The notes: a model not told the origin generated them from the letters alone. Positions 1-8,309 are shown, counted from the first letter of the stretch. The stretch: 12,662 bases of DNA from Fidelibacterota bacterium (GCA_046861385.1 JBHHTW010000047.1:1-12662); one strand, 5' to 3'. Made by a program: numbers and translations.

Positions 1-1
1 A

Positions 2-57
2 GTAGTGATTGGTAGCTAGTGATTGGTAACTGGTGATTGGTAACTGGTGATTGGTCA
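2..57. repeat. Tandem array of 14-bp units (CTGGTGATTGGTAA consensus, two heptamers), at least 4 copies, probably cut by the window edge
   Basis: Units: 2-15 gtagtgattggtag, 16-29 ctagtgattggtaa, 30-43 ctggtgattggtaa, 44-57 ctggtgattggtca. Degenerate heptamers continue (ttcgtaa 58-64, atggtaa 65-71). Confidence 0.95.
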
Positions 58-102
58 TTCGTAAATGGTAAGCAATAACAAGTGGCTGGTTTGTTTTCAT
101 GG

Positions 103-537
103 TTATGAATTTTTTAATTGATTTCTTTGTTTATTGAGATAAGAAATGTAGCCATTAATTTTTTTTACTAATTCATAACCAGATTCTTTGAGATGTTTAC
201 ATTGATCAGTATTATAATAATTTTCATCGATACAGATATTAAGATCATCAATAATTTCTTCTATTGAACCTCGAGCGATACGACAAAACTGGATTGACTC
301 TTTATAGTGCCAACGACCATGAGCTTCTGCAATATTGTTAGTAATAGATATAACCGCGTCTCTCATTTGGCTTGTTAATTGATATTTTTCTTTTTCAGGT
401 AATTGGTTAACGATTACGTATACTTTTTTTCTGAATTCTCTTGCATTTTGATACACTTGAAAATCATCCAGCATATATCGATCAGGCTCGCTGATAAAAT
501 CAATTTCAGATATTTCAATATCTTGATAATCAGCCAT
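103..537 (-). CDS. Four helix bundle protein (23S rRNA-IVP family, TIGR02436/PF05635-like, Avd-like fold)
   Basis: 144 aa with family motifs DFQVYQNA, LPEKEKYQLTSQMRDAVISITNNIAEAHGR and ARGSIEE. SD-like TAAGGT lies just upstream of the ATG. Confidence 0.92.
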   Translation of the reverse strand: MADYQDIEISEIDFISEPDRYMLDDFQVYQNAREFRKKVYVIVNQLPEKEKYQLTSQMRDAVISITNNIAEAHGRWHYKESIQFCRIARGSIEEIIDDLNICIDENYYNTDQCKHLKESGYELVKKINGYISYLNKQRNQLKNS

Positions 538-712
538 TTACAACCTTATCAGTTACCACTCTACCAGCTACCGCTCCACCAGCTACCACTCTACCAGCTA
601 CCGCTCTACCAGTTACCACTCCACCAGTTACCGCTCCACCAGCTACCGCTCTACCAGTCACCACTCTACCAGCTACCGCTCTACCAGTTACCACTCTACC
701 AATCACCATCAT
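530..712 (-). CDS. Putative 60-aa repeat-encoded linker peptide (G[RG][VA]V[TA] pentapeptides)
   Basis: Starts in an ATGA overlap with the EF-G stop and ends in an ATGGCTGA overlap with the four-helix-bundle start. It is the only open minus-strand frame through the array. Translation is unproven. Confidence 0.35.
   Translation of the reverse strand: MMVIGRVVTGRAVAGRVVTGRAVAGGAVTGGVVTGRAVAGRVVAGGAVAGRVVTDKVVNG
547..711. repeat. Tandem array of 11 x 15-bp units (YACCAGYTACCRCTC, 7+8 substructure)
   Basis: Units start at 547, 562, 577, 592, 607, 622, 637, 652, 667, 682 and 697. The last unit (taccaatcaccatca) is degenerate and overlaps the EF-G stop. There are no spacers. Confidence 0.97.
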
Positions 713-2787
713 TCCTCTTCTTTTTTCGAAGCAGCTACCACTTTCTTTTCCATATCTTTTGGCATTTGTTCATAATGACTGAATTCTTCTGAATGTAATG
801 CTCTACCTCCGGTTAAGGATCGTAACGTTGTAGAGTAATTGTAAAGATTTCCCTGGGGAACTTGAGCTTTGATTATTTGCATGGATCCTTCAGACTCCAT
901 TCCCATAATTTTTCCTCTGCGTCCGGAGATATCTCCCATGACGTCTCCCATATGATCTTCAGGGACTTTCACTTCAATATTAATAATTGGCTCAAGAATT
1001 CCCGGTTGTGCTTGTAAAAAAGCTTCACGAAATGCGTGTTTACCTGCGATTTGGAACGCAATATCTTTTGAGTCCACAGGGTGTTGTTTTCCATCATAAA
1101 AATTCACCTTCAAGTCTACGACGCGATATCCGGCAAGCACCCCTTCGGTGCATGCTGCATTTACACCTTTTTCAACGGATGGAACGAAAACACGATCTAC
1201 GTTCTGCCCAACGAGCGAATTGGAAAACTCCACACCTTCTCCTCTCTTTTTGGGTTCAACTCGCATCCATACTTCTGCGAATTGTCCGGCACCACCACTT
1301 TGTTTTTTATGACGGTATTTTGATTCGCCTTTTCCGAAAATAGTTTCACGATACGGAATCTTGGGTTCTTTTAGAGTTATATCAACCCCAAAACGTCTTT
1401 TCAATCTATCATGAAGTACTTGCAGATGTAATTCTCCCTGTCCAGAAATAACCGTTTGCTTTAATTCTGAATCAACTTTGTAAATGAATGTTGGGTCTTC
1501 TTCGTGAAGCGTAGAGAGTCCGACAGCTACCTTTTCCTCATCTCCTTTGGAGTGAATTTCAATGGCAGCATGAATATTGGGATTAGGATAAACAACATTT
1601 TTCAATTTAACTCTAATCCCATTTCCGCAAAGTGTATTGCCGCTATGTGTATCCTTTAATTTGACCACAGCTCCAAGATCTCCCGTTGCCAATTCACCGA
1701 TATTAGAGCGCTCTTTCCCATTCATTAGAAATAATTGACCGAATCTTTCATTTTGGTCACGGTCCGTATTGTACATGTCCTCCCCCGTACGAACACGTCC
1801 GGAATAGACTCTGAAAAATGAAAGTTCACCTACATGACCTTCAGCGATCGTTTTGTAAACAAAAAGTATGGGATCTTTGCCGGAGAGATCTATTATTTGT
1901 TCCTCATCGTTGTTGGCATTTAATGCAGAGATCTGTGCTCGATCAACAGGAGATGCTCCATATTTAGATATAAAATCCATAAGCCGAGCCACACCGATAT
2001 TGGTTGTAGATGCTGTGCAAAATAAAGGAATAAAAGTTTGATTTTGGACGGCGGCATGAATACCGTGGCGCATTTCTTCTTCTGATAGATTGCCTTGATC
2101 AAAAAACTTTTCAAGTAATGAATCGTCCGATTCAGCAACATGTTCGATTAAACTTTGATGGAGTTCATTTACTTGGGCTTGAAGATCATCCGGTAATTTC
2201 GATTCGGTGTAATTTCCTGATCCATTCAGTTCATATTCAATAAGTTCGCTGCGTAAAACATCAATTACTTTATGAAATCCCGGACCGGTAGTCACAGGCA
2301 TTTGCATTGGAAAAACATTTTGACCAAACCGTTCTTTACATTGTTTCAAGATATTATTAAAATTGACATGTTCCCGATCCAAACCGTTAACGATGATTAT
2401 TTTAGGTATTTCATTTTTGGAGGCGTGTTGCCAAATTTGTTCAGTACCAACTTCAACACCATTTACTGCGCTAATCACTACTGCGGCCATATCAACGACC
2501 GCCAAGGAGCTCAGTGCTTCTCCAATAAAATCTGCATACCCCGGAGTATCAATTATATTAAATTTTACATTATCCCATTCGGCAACTAAGGGTGTAGCGT
2601 GAATAGAAATTTGTCTGGTCTGTTCACCAGGATGATAATCGGAAACGGTGTTTCCATCTTCGATTGTACCCATACGATTAATTTGTTTGCTGTTATAGAG
2701 CATTGCTTCACTTAGACACGTTTTACCACTGGCTCCATGGCCAACCAATGCAAAGTTTCTTATATCAGCAGTTGCATATTGTTTCAT
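709..2787 (-). CDS. fusA: Elongation factor G paralogue (EF-G2 / EF-G II type)
   Basis: 692 aa. G1 GHGASGKT, G2 RQISI, G3 DTPGY, G4 NGLD; EEDPT, GQGELHL, PYRETI, KKQSGGAGQFA, HPVDS, LRSLTGGR. Not next to rpsL/rpsG/tuf. Confidence 0.96.
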   Translation of the reverse strand: MKQYATADIRNFALVGHGASGKTCLSEAMLYNSKQINRMGTIEDGNTVSDYHPGEQTRQISIHATPLVAEWDNVKFNIIDTPGYADFIGEALSSLAVVDMAAVVISAVNGVEVGTEQIWQHASKNEIPKIIIVNGLDREHVNFNNILKQCKERFGQNVFPMQMPVTTGPGFHKVIDVLRSELIEYELNGSGNYTESKLPDDLQAQVNELHQSLIEHVAESDDSLLEKFFDQGNLSEEEMRHGIHAAVQNQTFIPLFCTASTTNIGVARLMDFISKYGASPVDRAQISALNANNDEEQIIDLSGKDPILFVYKTIAEGHVGELSFFRVYSGRVRTGEDMYNTDRDQNERFGQLFLMNGKERSNIGELATGDLGAVVKLKDTHSGNTLCGNGIRVKLKNVVYPNPNIHAAIEIHSKGDEEKVAVGLSTLHEEDPTFIYKVDSELKQTVISGQGELHLQVLHDRLKRRFGVDITLKEPKIPYRETIFGKGESKYRHKKQSGGAGQFAEVWMRVEPKKRGEGVEFSNSLVGQNVDRVFVPSVEKGVNAACTEGVLAGYRVVDLKVNFYDGKQHPVDSKDIAFQIAGKHAFREAFLQAQPGILEPIINIEVKVPEDHMGDVMGDISGRRGKIMGMESEGSMQIIKAQVPQGNLYNYSTTLRSLTGGRALHSEEFSHYEQMPKDMEKKVVAASKKEEE

Positions 2788-2792
2788 GATTT

Positions 2793-2798
2793 CACCTC
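2793..2798 (-). promoter_or_regulatory. Shine-Dalgarno site for the EF-G paralogue
   Basis: GAGGTG 5 nt upstream of the ATG at 2787. Confidence 0.8.
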
Positions 2799-2903
2799 AA
2801 ATAATTATGTAATGATTAATAATAAGATTTTATATGGTATGCACCAATAATATGTATTTTAGTTTCGGAGACTGATCTGATTTCAGCAAATCAAGATTTC
2901 TAA

Positions 2904-3170
2904 TCAATTATATCTGACATTCACCTCATCGATATATGATCGTAAAGCAGGAACCAAATATTTACCAGATAAATCTTTGACATGGAAAGAAGTCGCCAGC
3001 ACTTTTAGGCGTTGTTCAATAGGCTTTGATCTATTAATTACGATATATTCCTGATCTTTGAACACACATGATCCACCTTCAAAACTTCCTTTTGAATGCA
3101 CCAATTTAATATTCAGTTTAACCGCCAATTCTTCAAACATAGTCAATAATATTTCAGGTTTTATGTTCAT
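2904..3170 (-). CDS. Small hypothetical protein (resembles ImmA/IrrE N-terminal fold lacking HEXXH)
   Basis: 88 aa, 4-nt overlap with the upstream gene's stop. Pattern GGSC...IVIN...RLKVLA. Confidence 0.8.
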   Translation of the reverse strand: MNIKPEILLTMFEELAVKLNIKLVHSKGSFEGGSCVFKDQEYIVINRSKPIEQRLKVLATSFHVKDLSGKYLVPALRSYIDEVNVRYN

Positions 3171-4225
3171 AATAAATTTGATCGGTCTTTTTCACGCAAA
3201 TAATTTACAACTTTGCGGACATCTTCCACATTCTCTTTATTCACTACGAGCGTTGCATCTGGGGTAGTAATCACCATCACGTTTTCCAAGCCAATAATTG
3301 CAGTAAAATGATTTTCGTTTTGAATAAAATTATTTCTTCCATCTATTACTATACCGTCACCTTTGATCAAATTGCCTTTTGGTCTTTTAGGCATTTCATC
3401 GTATACAGCACTCCATGATCCAAGATCATTCCATTTAAATTCTGTCTGAACGACAAATATATTATCTGCCTTTTCCATTAAACCGTAATCAATAGATTCA
3501 GGTGCTAAAGAACTCCAGATATCTTGAAATGATTTTTTAGATTTGATCCGTTTTTCAATTTTTATCAATTGACTGCATAACTCTGGCATGTGTATCGCCA
3601 GTTGATCCATAAAAACACTTACTTTCCAAACAAACATACCGGCATTCCATAAAAAATCACCGCTATCTATGAATCTTTTTGCAGCATTATAATGAGGTTT
3701 TTCTGCAAAGGTTCGAACGGGATATGCATCCATTTTATCCACTTTTGAATCAGCATCAAATTGGATATAACCATAGGCAGACGAAGGATAGGTCGGTTGA
3801 ATACCAATGGTAACCAATGCTTCCTTTTCAATCGCGATTCTGGCTGCTTGGTTCAGAGCTTTTTCAAAAGCTCGATGACCCACCACCAAATGATCTGCAG
3901 GGAAAACTCCCATCACAGCTTCACCGTCAACACTTGCTATCTTCAACGCGGATAAACCGATACAAGGTGCTGTATTTTTACCACTGGGTTCTGGAATAAT
4001 ATTCCTGGGGAGTACTCCAACGATATTTTTTTTAATTGGATTTACTAGATCTGCCCGGGTTGAAATATAGACTACTTCTGTCTTTTTGCATTTAATTAAA
4101 CGATCCACCGTCATCTGCAGCATGGTATTATTGCCAATTATTTTTAGCATTTGTTTTGGTTTACTTACCCGGCTGTAAGGCCAAAAACGTGTTCCGCTGC
4201 CACCAGCCATAACGACACAATGCAT
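3167..4225 (-). CDS. manC: Mannose-1-phosphate guanylyltransferase (monofunctional, no isomerase cupin domain)
   Basis: MAGGSGTRFWPYSR..PKQ, EPSGKNTAP, PADH, YGYI, FAEKP, WNAGMF, SIDYGLME, WNDLGSW; 352 aa. Confidence 0.95.
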   Translation of the reverse strand: MHCVVMAGGSGTRFWPYSRVSKPKQMLKIIGNNTMLQMTVDRLIKCKKTEVVYISTRADLVNPIKKNIVGVLPRNIIPEPSGKNTAPCIGLSALKIASVDGEAVMGVFPADHLVVGHRAFEKALNQAARIAIEKEALVTIGIQPTYPSSAYGYIQFDADSKVDKMDAYPVRTFAEKPHYNAAKRFIDSGDFLWNAGMFVWKVSVFMDQLAIHMPELCSQLIKIEKRIKSKKSFQDIWSSLAPESIDYGLMEKADNIFVVQTEFKWNDLGSWSAVYDEMPKRPKGNLIKGDGIVIDGRNNFIQNENHFTAIIGLENVMVITTPDATLVVNKENVEDVRKVVNYLREKDRSNLL

Positions 4226-4228
4226 TAG

Positions 4229-5854
4229 TTATTTCTCCAAATAAATTGGGGATAATTCAATATCCCAGTTAGCACGAATTTCAATAGTATCATTTGATAC
4301 ATAAAACCATTCACTGGGTTGAAATGGAAATGCTTTCCCGTGGGAATACGCAAAATTGTTATCTTTGTCTTCAAATAATGAAATAGTATATTTTCCTTCA
4401 GGAACATCAATAAATTCAAAATAACCGGCGGAATTTACAACGCTCTTAAATTCCCAGCCGACATTTTCAGTATGATTTATTTCTGCAATAATATTTCCAT
4501 TAACACCATTAATAATTCCAGAAAGTCCTCCATATCCCTGCTCTTGATTTGTTGAGATTTTAATCGTAGTAATTGAATCTTTTAGCATATATTTTATATT
4601 TCCGCTATCCAAATTATTGATGTGAAAAGTATAGGAAGATTTAGGCTTCCAACCTTCCTTCGGAACGATCATCATACTCATTGGCGTTGTTATATTCCTT
4701 TCAAATAATACATCTATTGAATCATTGAATAATAGAGCTGCATCATATTTATTAAGAATATTATTCCCAACAGGTCTTGAAAAAATAAACTCTAAGGGCG
4801 GTCCGGTTTTATCGGGAGTAACTGAAACTTCAGGATCTGGTTTGATCAATGAAAAAGAATTTGTATCAATCATAGATGGAATGGATACATTCACACTTGA
4901 TGAATCCAATATTACTAAATTATTTAATCGGATCCCTGAAAAAGAAATAGATTCTTTTGGTCTGTTCAATGAATCATTTGTAGTAACTACAACTGCTTTA
5001 AGATCGTCAGGGCTTATAAACCAATCCAATTCCTTTGATCCAATTTTAAGGTTTGAAAAAGATATTTCCTGGGAAAGTTCCTTATTAAAATAAATCTTAC
5101 CCCAATCCCAATCATTCCATTCACCTCGTAATAAGCGTAATGGTTTTTCCTCCAGATGAAGCTTCAAGTGAATACCTGTCTGCAGAGAATCCAGAATGAT
5201 TCTTGCCGTTGATGAAACACCGTGAGCCATCCGGAAAGGATCTAATTTCGCACCTGCAACACCTCTGTCAATGGCAAGTATCTGATAGGAACCGGGAGCT
5301 AAATAATTAAATGCAAAAGAACCATTATCCGCTGCTTCAGAAATATAATCCGGCGATGATAACAATATCGTATCACTGCCGTCATCATGGAATAAATAAA
5401 GGGCAGCTGACTGATCCGCATACACGTTTCCAGTGATACTTCCATTATCAATATTCTCACCGAAACTGTATGCCAATTGAAAGGATTTGGATAGTTCAAC
5501 GCCATGTTCATCCTTTATTTCCCTACTCAACGTTAATACAACTGTTATATCAGTATTTATATCTTCCGGGAGTGTGATGATAATTTTTTTGCCTTTAAAG
5601 TTTAATCCAAGCTCTCCTATTAAAACAGGTGCGATTCTAATTCCTTTTTCAAAACTTTTTTCATCCATATATTCAGAAAATGACAGTACAATCTCATGGG
5701 AAGAAAGTCCAACGGTTCCACTGGGCGGATCGGCAGACAGCAACTCCGGCGGCGTAGAGTCCTTCGCTCCACCACCGGGTAGGCCGAGAGCTGCGCATTG
5801 CCATGCGATTAAGGCTGATAAATAATATATTACTAAGAAAAATTTAAGCTTCAT
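4229..5854 (-). CDS. Ig-like domain (Big_5-type) putative lipoprotein
   Basis: Hydrophobic signal followed by CAALGLPGGGAKDSTPP, then FSEYMD and IKDEHG. Two carboxypeptidase-regulatory-like segments (LAPGSYQILA; VPEGKYTISLFEDKDNN). Confidence 0.85.
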   Translation of the reverse strand: MKLKFFLVIYYLSALIAWQCAALGLPGGGAKDSTPPELLSADPPSGTVGLSSHEIVLSFSEYMDEKSFEKGIRIAPVLIGELGLNFKGKKIIITLPEDINTDITVVLTLSREIKDEHGVELSKSFQLAYSFGENIDNGSITGNVYADQSAALYLFHDDGSDTILLSSPDYISEAADNGSFAFNYLAPGSYQILAIDRGVAGAKLDPFRMAHGVSSTARIILDSLQTGIHLKLHLEEKPLRLLRGEWNDWDWGKIYFNKELSQEISFSNLKIGSKELDWFISPDDLKAVVVTTNDSLNRPKESISFSGIRLNNLVILDSSSVNVSIPSMIDTNSFSLIKPDPEVSVTPDKTGPPLEFIFSRPVGNNILNKYDAALLFNDSIDVLFERNITTPMSMMIVPKEGWKPKSSYTFHINNLDSGNIKYMLKDSITTIKISTNQEQGYGGLSGIINGVNGNIIAEINHTENVGWEFKSVVNSAGYFEFIDVPEGKYTISLFEDKDNNFAYSHGKAFPFQPSEWFYVSNDTIEIRANWDIELSPIYLEK

Positions 5855-6551
5855 CGGAAGGATTTAAATTTACGGGAATTTCACCATAATAGGTCATTTC
5901 CTTTAAAGAAATATTGGTTTTTATACAATGAATTTGGACGCCGTGCTCATGGGCAGTTTTTAATGCTCTGGCAAATTCAGGATCACGATTCCACATGGGT
6001 CGAAATTCATCTGCATCCGCTCGCTGGCACACAAATAGGATTCTTGATTTTATACCCTGGCCGGATAATTTTGTTAATAGTTCGGCATGTTTTTTACCCC
6101 GGAGTGTCACCGCATCGGGAAATTTTGCAATTCCATTTTTTACAAATGTAACAGATTTTATTTCAGTGTACACGGTATTATGATGAGAATCGGAAAAAAT
6201 AAAATCAATTCGATGGTTCTCAATTTTAAACTCTGATCTAATAAGAGTCCAATGATTGAACAATGGAATTGAAGTATAATCTTGTTTTACAAAATGATTG
6301 GGCAAAGTGCTGTCTAATGAAACCAATACACCATTGTTTTCAACCATCACCGTAGAAAATTTTGTTTTTCGCTCAGAATTGTCAGGCGCAGGGCGTACAT
6401 AAACAACGGCTCCCGGGAAAAGTAATTCCTGAAGCCTTCCGGGATCAGGCAAATGGCATTTAATGATCTTCCCCTCCAATGCGACCATCGTAATAAATCG
6501 ATTCGGACGTTCGATAAATTTACCTTTTATTAGTGAGCCGGGTATTTTCAT
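5844..6551 (-). CDS. sfsA: DNA/RNA nuclease SfsA (sugar fermentation stimulation protein)
   Basis: RPNRF, HLPDPGRLQELL, RIDF, EIKSVT, FPDAVTLRGKKH, DPEFA. Start placed at ATG 6551 from typical family length; 6572 and 6587 are alternatives. Confidence 0.93.
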   Translation of the reverse strand: MKIPGSLIKGKFIERPNRFITMVALEGKIIKCHLPDPGRLQELLFPGAVVYVRPAPDNSERKTKFSTVMVENNGVLVSLDSTLPNHFVKQDYTSIPLFNHWTLIRSEFKIENHRIDFIFSDSHHNTVYTEIKSVTFVKNGIAKFPDAVTLRGKKHAELLTKLSGQGIKSRILFVCQRADADEFRPMWNRDPEFARALKTAHEHGVQIHCIKTNISLKEMTYYGEIPVNLNPSDEA

Positions 6552-6718
6552 GGGTCGGAGTTTAGACCTCATTATTCGTAAATTCAATTTATGCGTTTAG
6601 TTTCAACCCATTTAAATCATATTTCAAATGAATCTAAATCTTTTTATTTTAGTCAATTCAAATCCACCTACGTTGGAGATCTGAAACAGAACTCCCCACT
6701 ATTCCAGCAGGAGAAAAA

Positions 6719-7339
6719 GTGATTATTGATCCCAAAATTCAATCTATTAAGGACAATTATAAATTAATGATCGGAGCCATCGTACCTCGCCCCATCGCCT
6801 TCGTTTCTACAAAATCAAGTAACGGAATTGATAATCTAGCGCCGTTCTCATTTTTTACCGGAGTCTGTTCTAATCCGGCCACCATTGCATTTTGTCCGGC
6901 TCGCCGCGGAAAGAATGGAGAAATGAAGGATACCCTGATCAATATTAGGGATACGGGTGTTTTTGCACTCAATATTGTTAGCGAATCATTTGCCCAGGCG
7001 ATGGTGACTACAGCCAATGAATTTCCACCTGAAATAAGTGAGTTTGATGAATCCGGACTCACTCCGGTTCAATGTGAAAAAATAGACGTAATGCGTGTGA
7101 AGGAATCAAAGATTTCCTTTGAGTGCAAATTGAACCAAATTATTGAAGTGGGCAATGGGGACCCCGGAAGTGGCGCATTAGTCCTTGGAAGCATTATTCT
7201 TTTTCATGTCGCTGATGAAATTTATCAGGACGGTCGTATTGATTTGGAGAAACTTCAACCCATTGGACGTCTTGCGGGGAATATGTACATACGTTCAACG
7301 GTTCCATTTGAAATTATTCGTAAAAAGAATCCTGAATAA
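6719..7339 (+). CDS. Flavin reductase family protein (DIM6/NTAB, FMN-binding split barrel)
   Basis: IVPRPIAFVST, NLAPFSFF, KDTLINI, FECKL, PIGRLAG. AGGAG at 6709-6713 precedes the GTG start. Confidence 0.93.
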   Translation: MIIDPKIQSIKDNYKLMIGAIVPRPIAFVSTKSSNGIDNLAPFSFFTGVCSNPATIAFCPARRGKNGEMKDTLINIRDTGVFALNIVSESFAQAMVTTANEFPPEISEFDESGLTPVQCEKIDVMRVKESKISFECKLNQIIEVGNGDPGSGALVLGSIILFHVADEIYQDGRIDLEKLQPIGRLAGNMYIRSTVPFEIIRKKNPE

Positions 7340-7341
7340 AA

Positions 7342-8259
7342 TTGAAGAAATCTCTGCCAGAACGCATCTACAAAGCTCAATGTTTTGGGAATGTAGAACC
7401 CATCGAATACATGACTCCCTACCCAAGCCTTGCCGCTCTGGTGGAAGGTCAAAATATCAAACACCATGGAAAAATGCTCTATGCAGACTTGGACATTACC
7501 AACTTGGATTTTTATAAATATGTCCAACAAATTGCAAACTGGCTGACCGAAAAGGGTCTCAAATCCAAACAGCGTGTCCAGGTTTTTCCACAGGAATATC
7601 CCCTGACCGAAATGCTGGTGTTTGGTATCTGGACTGTTGGCGCATCAGTGATACTGTCAGAAAATAATGAAGATACAATTTATGATTTTCTCCAACCAGA
7701 TATGATTATAGATAATCATATTTCCATGGACTATTTTATGGATCAGAAAAATACCTATGATCCGGTTTATAAACCATTTTTAGGCGATGAAGCAATGGTG
7801 TTCGTAAAAGACGGAAAAGGAATTCGACTATCTCATTATAATCTTTTAGTTAATGCTAATGATGTGCAACGGAAACTGAATTTATACGATGACGGTAAAT
7901 TTTACGTTCAGTTAGAACCGAATAGCACTGCCTGGGTTGTTTTGCAGGCTATTTTTCCATTATATACAGGAGCTCCATTGACAAAAAATAATCCGGATCT
8001 GACTATCGGTCTTAATGATGCCGACTACATCGTTGATTTCAACTGGAAAGAAATAAAAAATTCAAATCACATTTACATTTTACCTGAAAATACGGCAGTT
8101 CTTTCTATCGGGAACAGAAGTCTGCAGATGACCAACTATCTATTAGATAATCATAAATTATCTTTGAACGGCCACTCGGTTATGATGGGTTATACAGATG
8201 ATAAAATAAACGAAGAAGTCTTTATGGGAGAATCTCTCATTCTGCATTTGAATCAATAA
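7342..8259 (+). CDS. Degenerate/truncated AMP-binding (adenylate-forming) fold protein
   Basis: KGIRLSHYNL (A3 remnant), GHSVMMGY (A6-like) and an acyl-CoA-synthetase-like N-terminus. TTG start 2 nt after the upstream stop; only 305 aa. Confidence 0.75.
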   Translation: MKKSLPERIYKAQCFGNVEPIEYMTPYPSLAALVEGQNIKHHGKMLYADLDITNLDFYKYVQQIANWLTEKGLKSKQRVQVFPQEYPLTEMLVFGIWTVGASVILSENNEDTIYDFLQPDMIIDNHISMDYFMDQKNTYDPVYKPFLGDEAMVFVKDGKGIRLSHYNLLVNANDVQRKLNLYDDGKFYVQLEPNSTAWVVLQAIFPLYTGAPLTKNNPDLTIGLNDADYIVDFNWKEIKNSNHIYILPENTAVLSIGNRSLQMTNYLLDNHKLSLNGHSVMMGYTDDKINEEVFMGESLILHLNQ

Positions 8260-8309
8260 CTATATCAGAAATTATATTCTCCGCCAGAAATGTTAACTGA
8301 TGGCTTTAT

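Noticed and set aside
103-537. 23S rRNA intervening sequence
   Set aside because: The flanks are repeats and fusA, not rRNA.
547-711. CRISPR array
   Set aside because: Units are 15 bp and contiguous with no unique spacers; no cas genes in the window.
1-711. Diversity-generating retroelement suggested by the Avd-like gene
   Set aside because: No reverse transcriptase and no TR/VR pair in the window; the region left of base 1 is unseen.
537-711. EF-G/four-helix-bundle fusion by readthrough (same frame)
   Set aside because: Many in-frame stops (TGA, TGA, then TAA/TAG in the units) intervene.
403-792. Plus-strand ORF with YQLPL repeats
   Set aside because: Antisense to two real genes; its openness is explained by the stop-free repeat.
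987-2602. Alternative-frame ORFs within fusA
   Set aside because: Shadow ORFs with no recognisable motifs.
2878-2893. Hairpin TGATTT-CAGC-AAATCA before fusA
   Set aside because: Short AT-rich stem without a U-tract; too weak to call.
6591-6722. 43-aa plus-strand ORF ending in a GTGA overlap with the flavin reductase
   Set aside because: No SD, and it fills the space needed for divergent promoters; probably chance.
3058-7530. Short antisense or overlapping ORFs in manC, the lipoprotein, sfsA and the flavin reductase
   Set aside because: They overlap well-supported genes and show no protein-like signatures.
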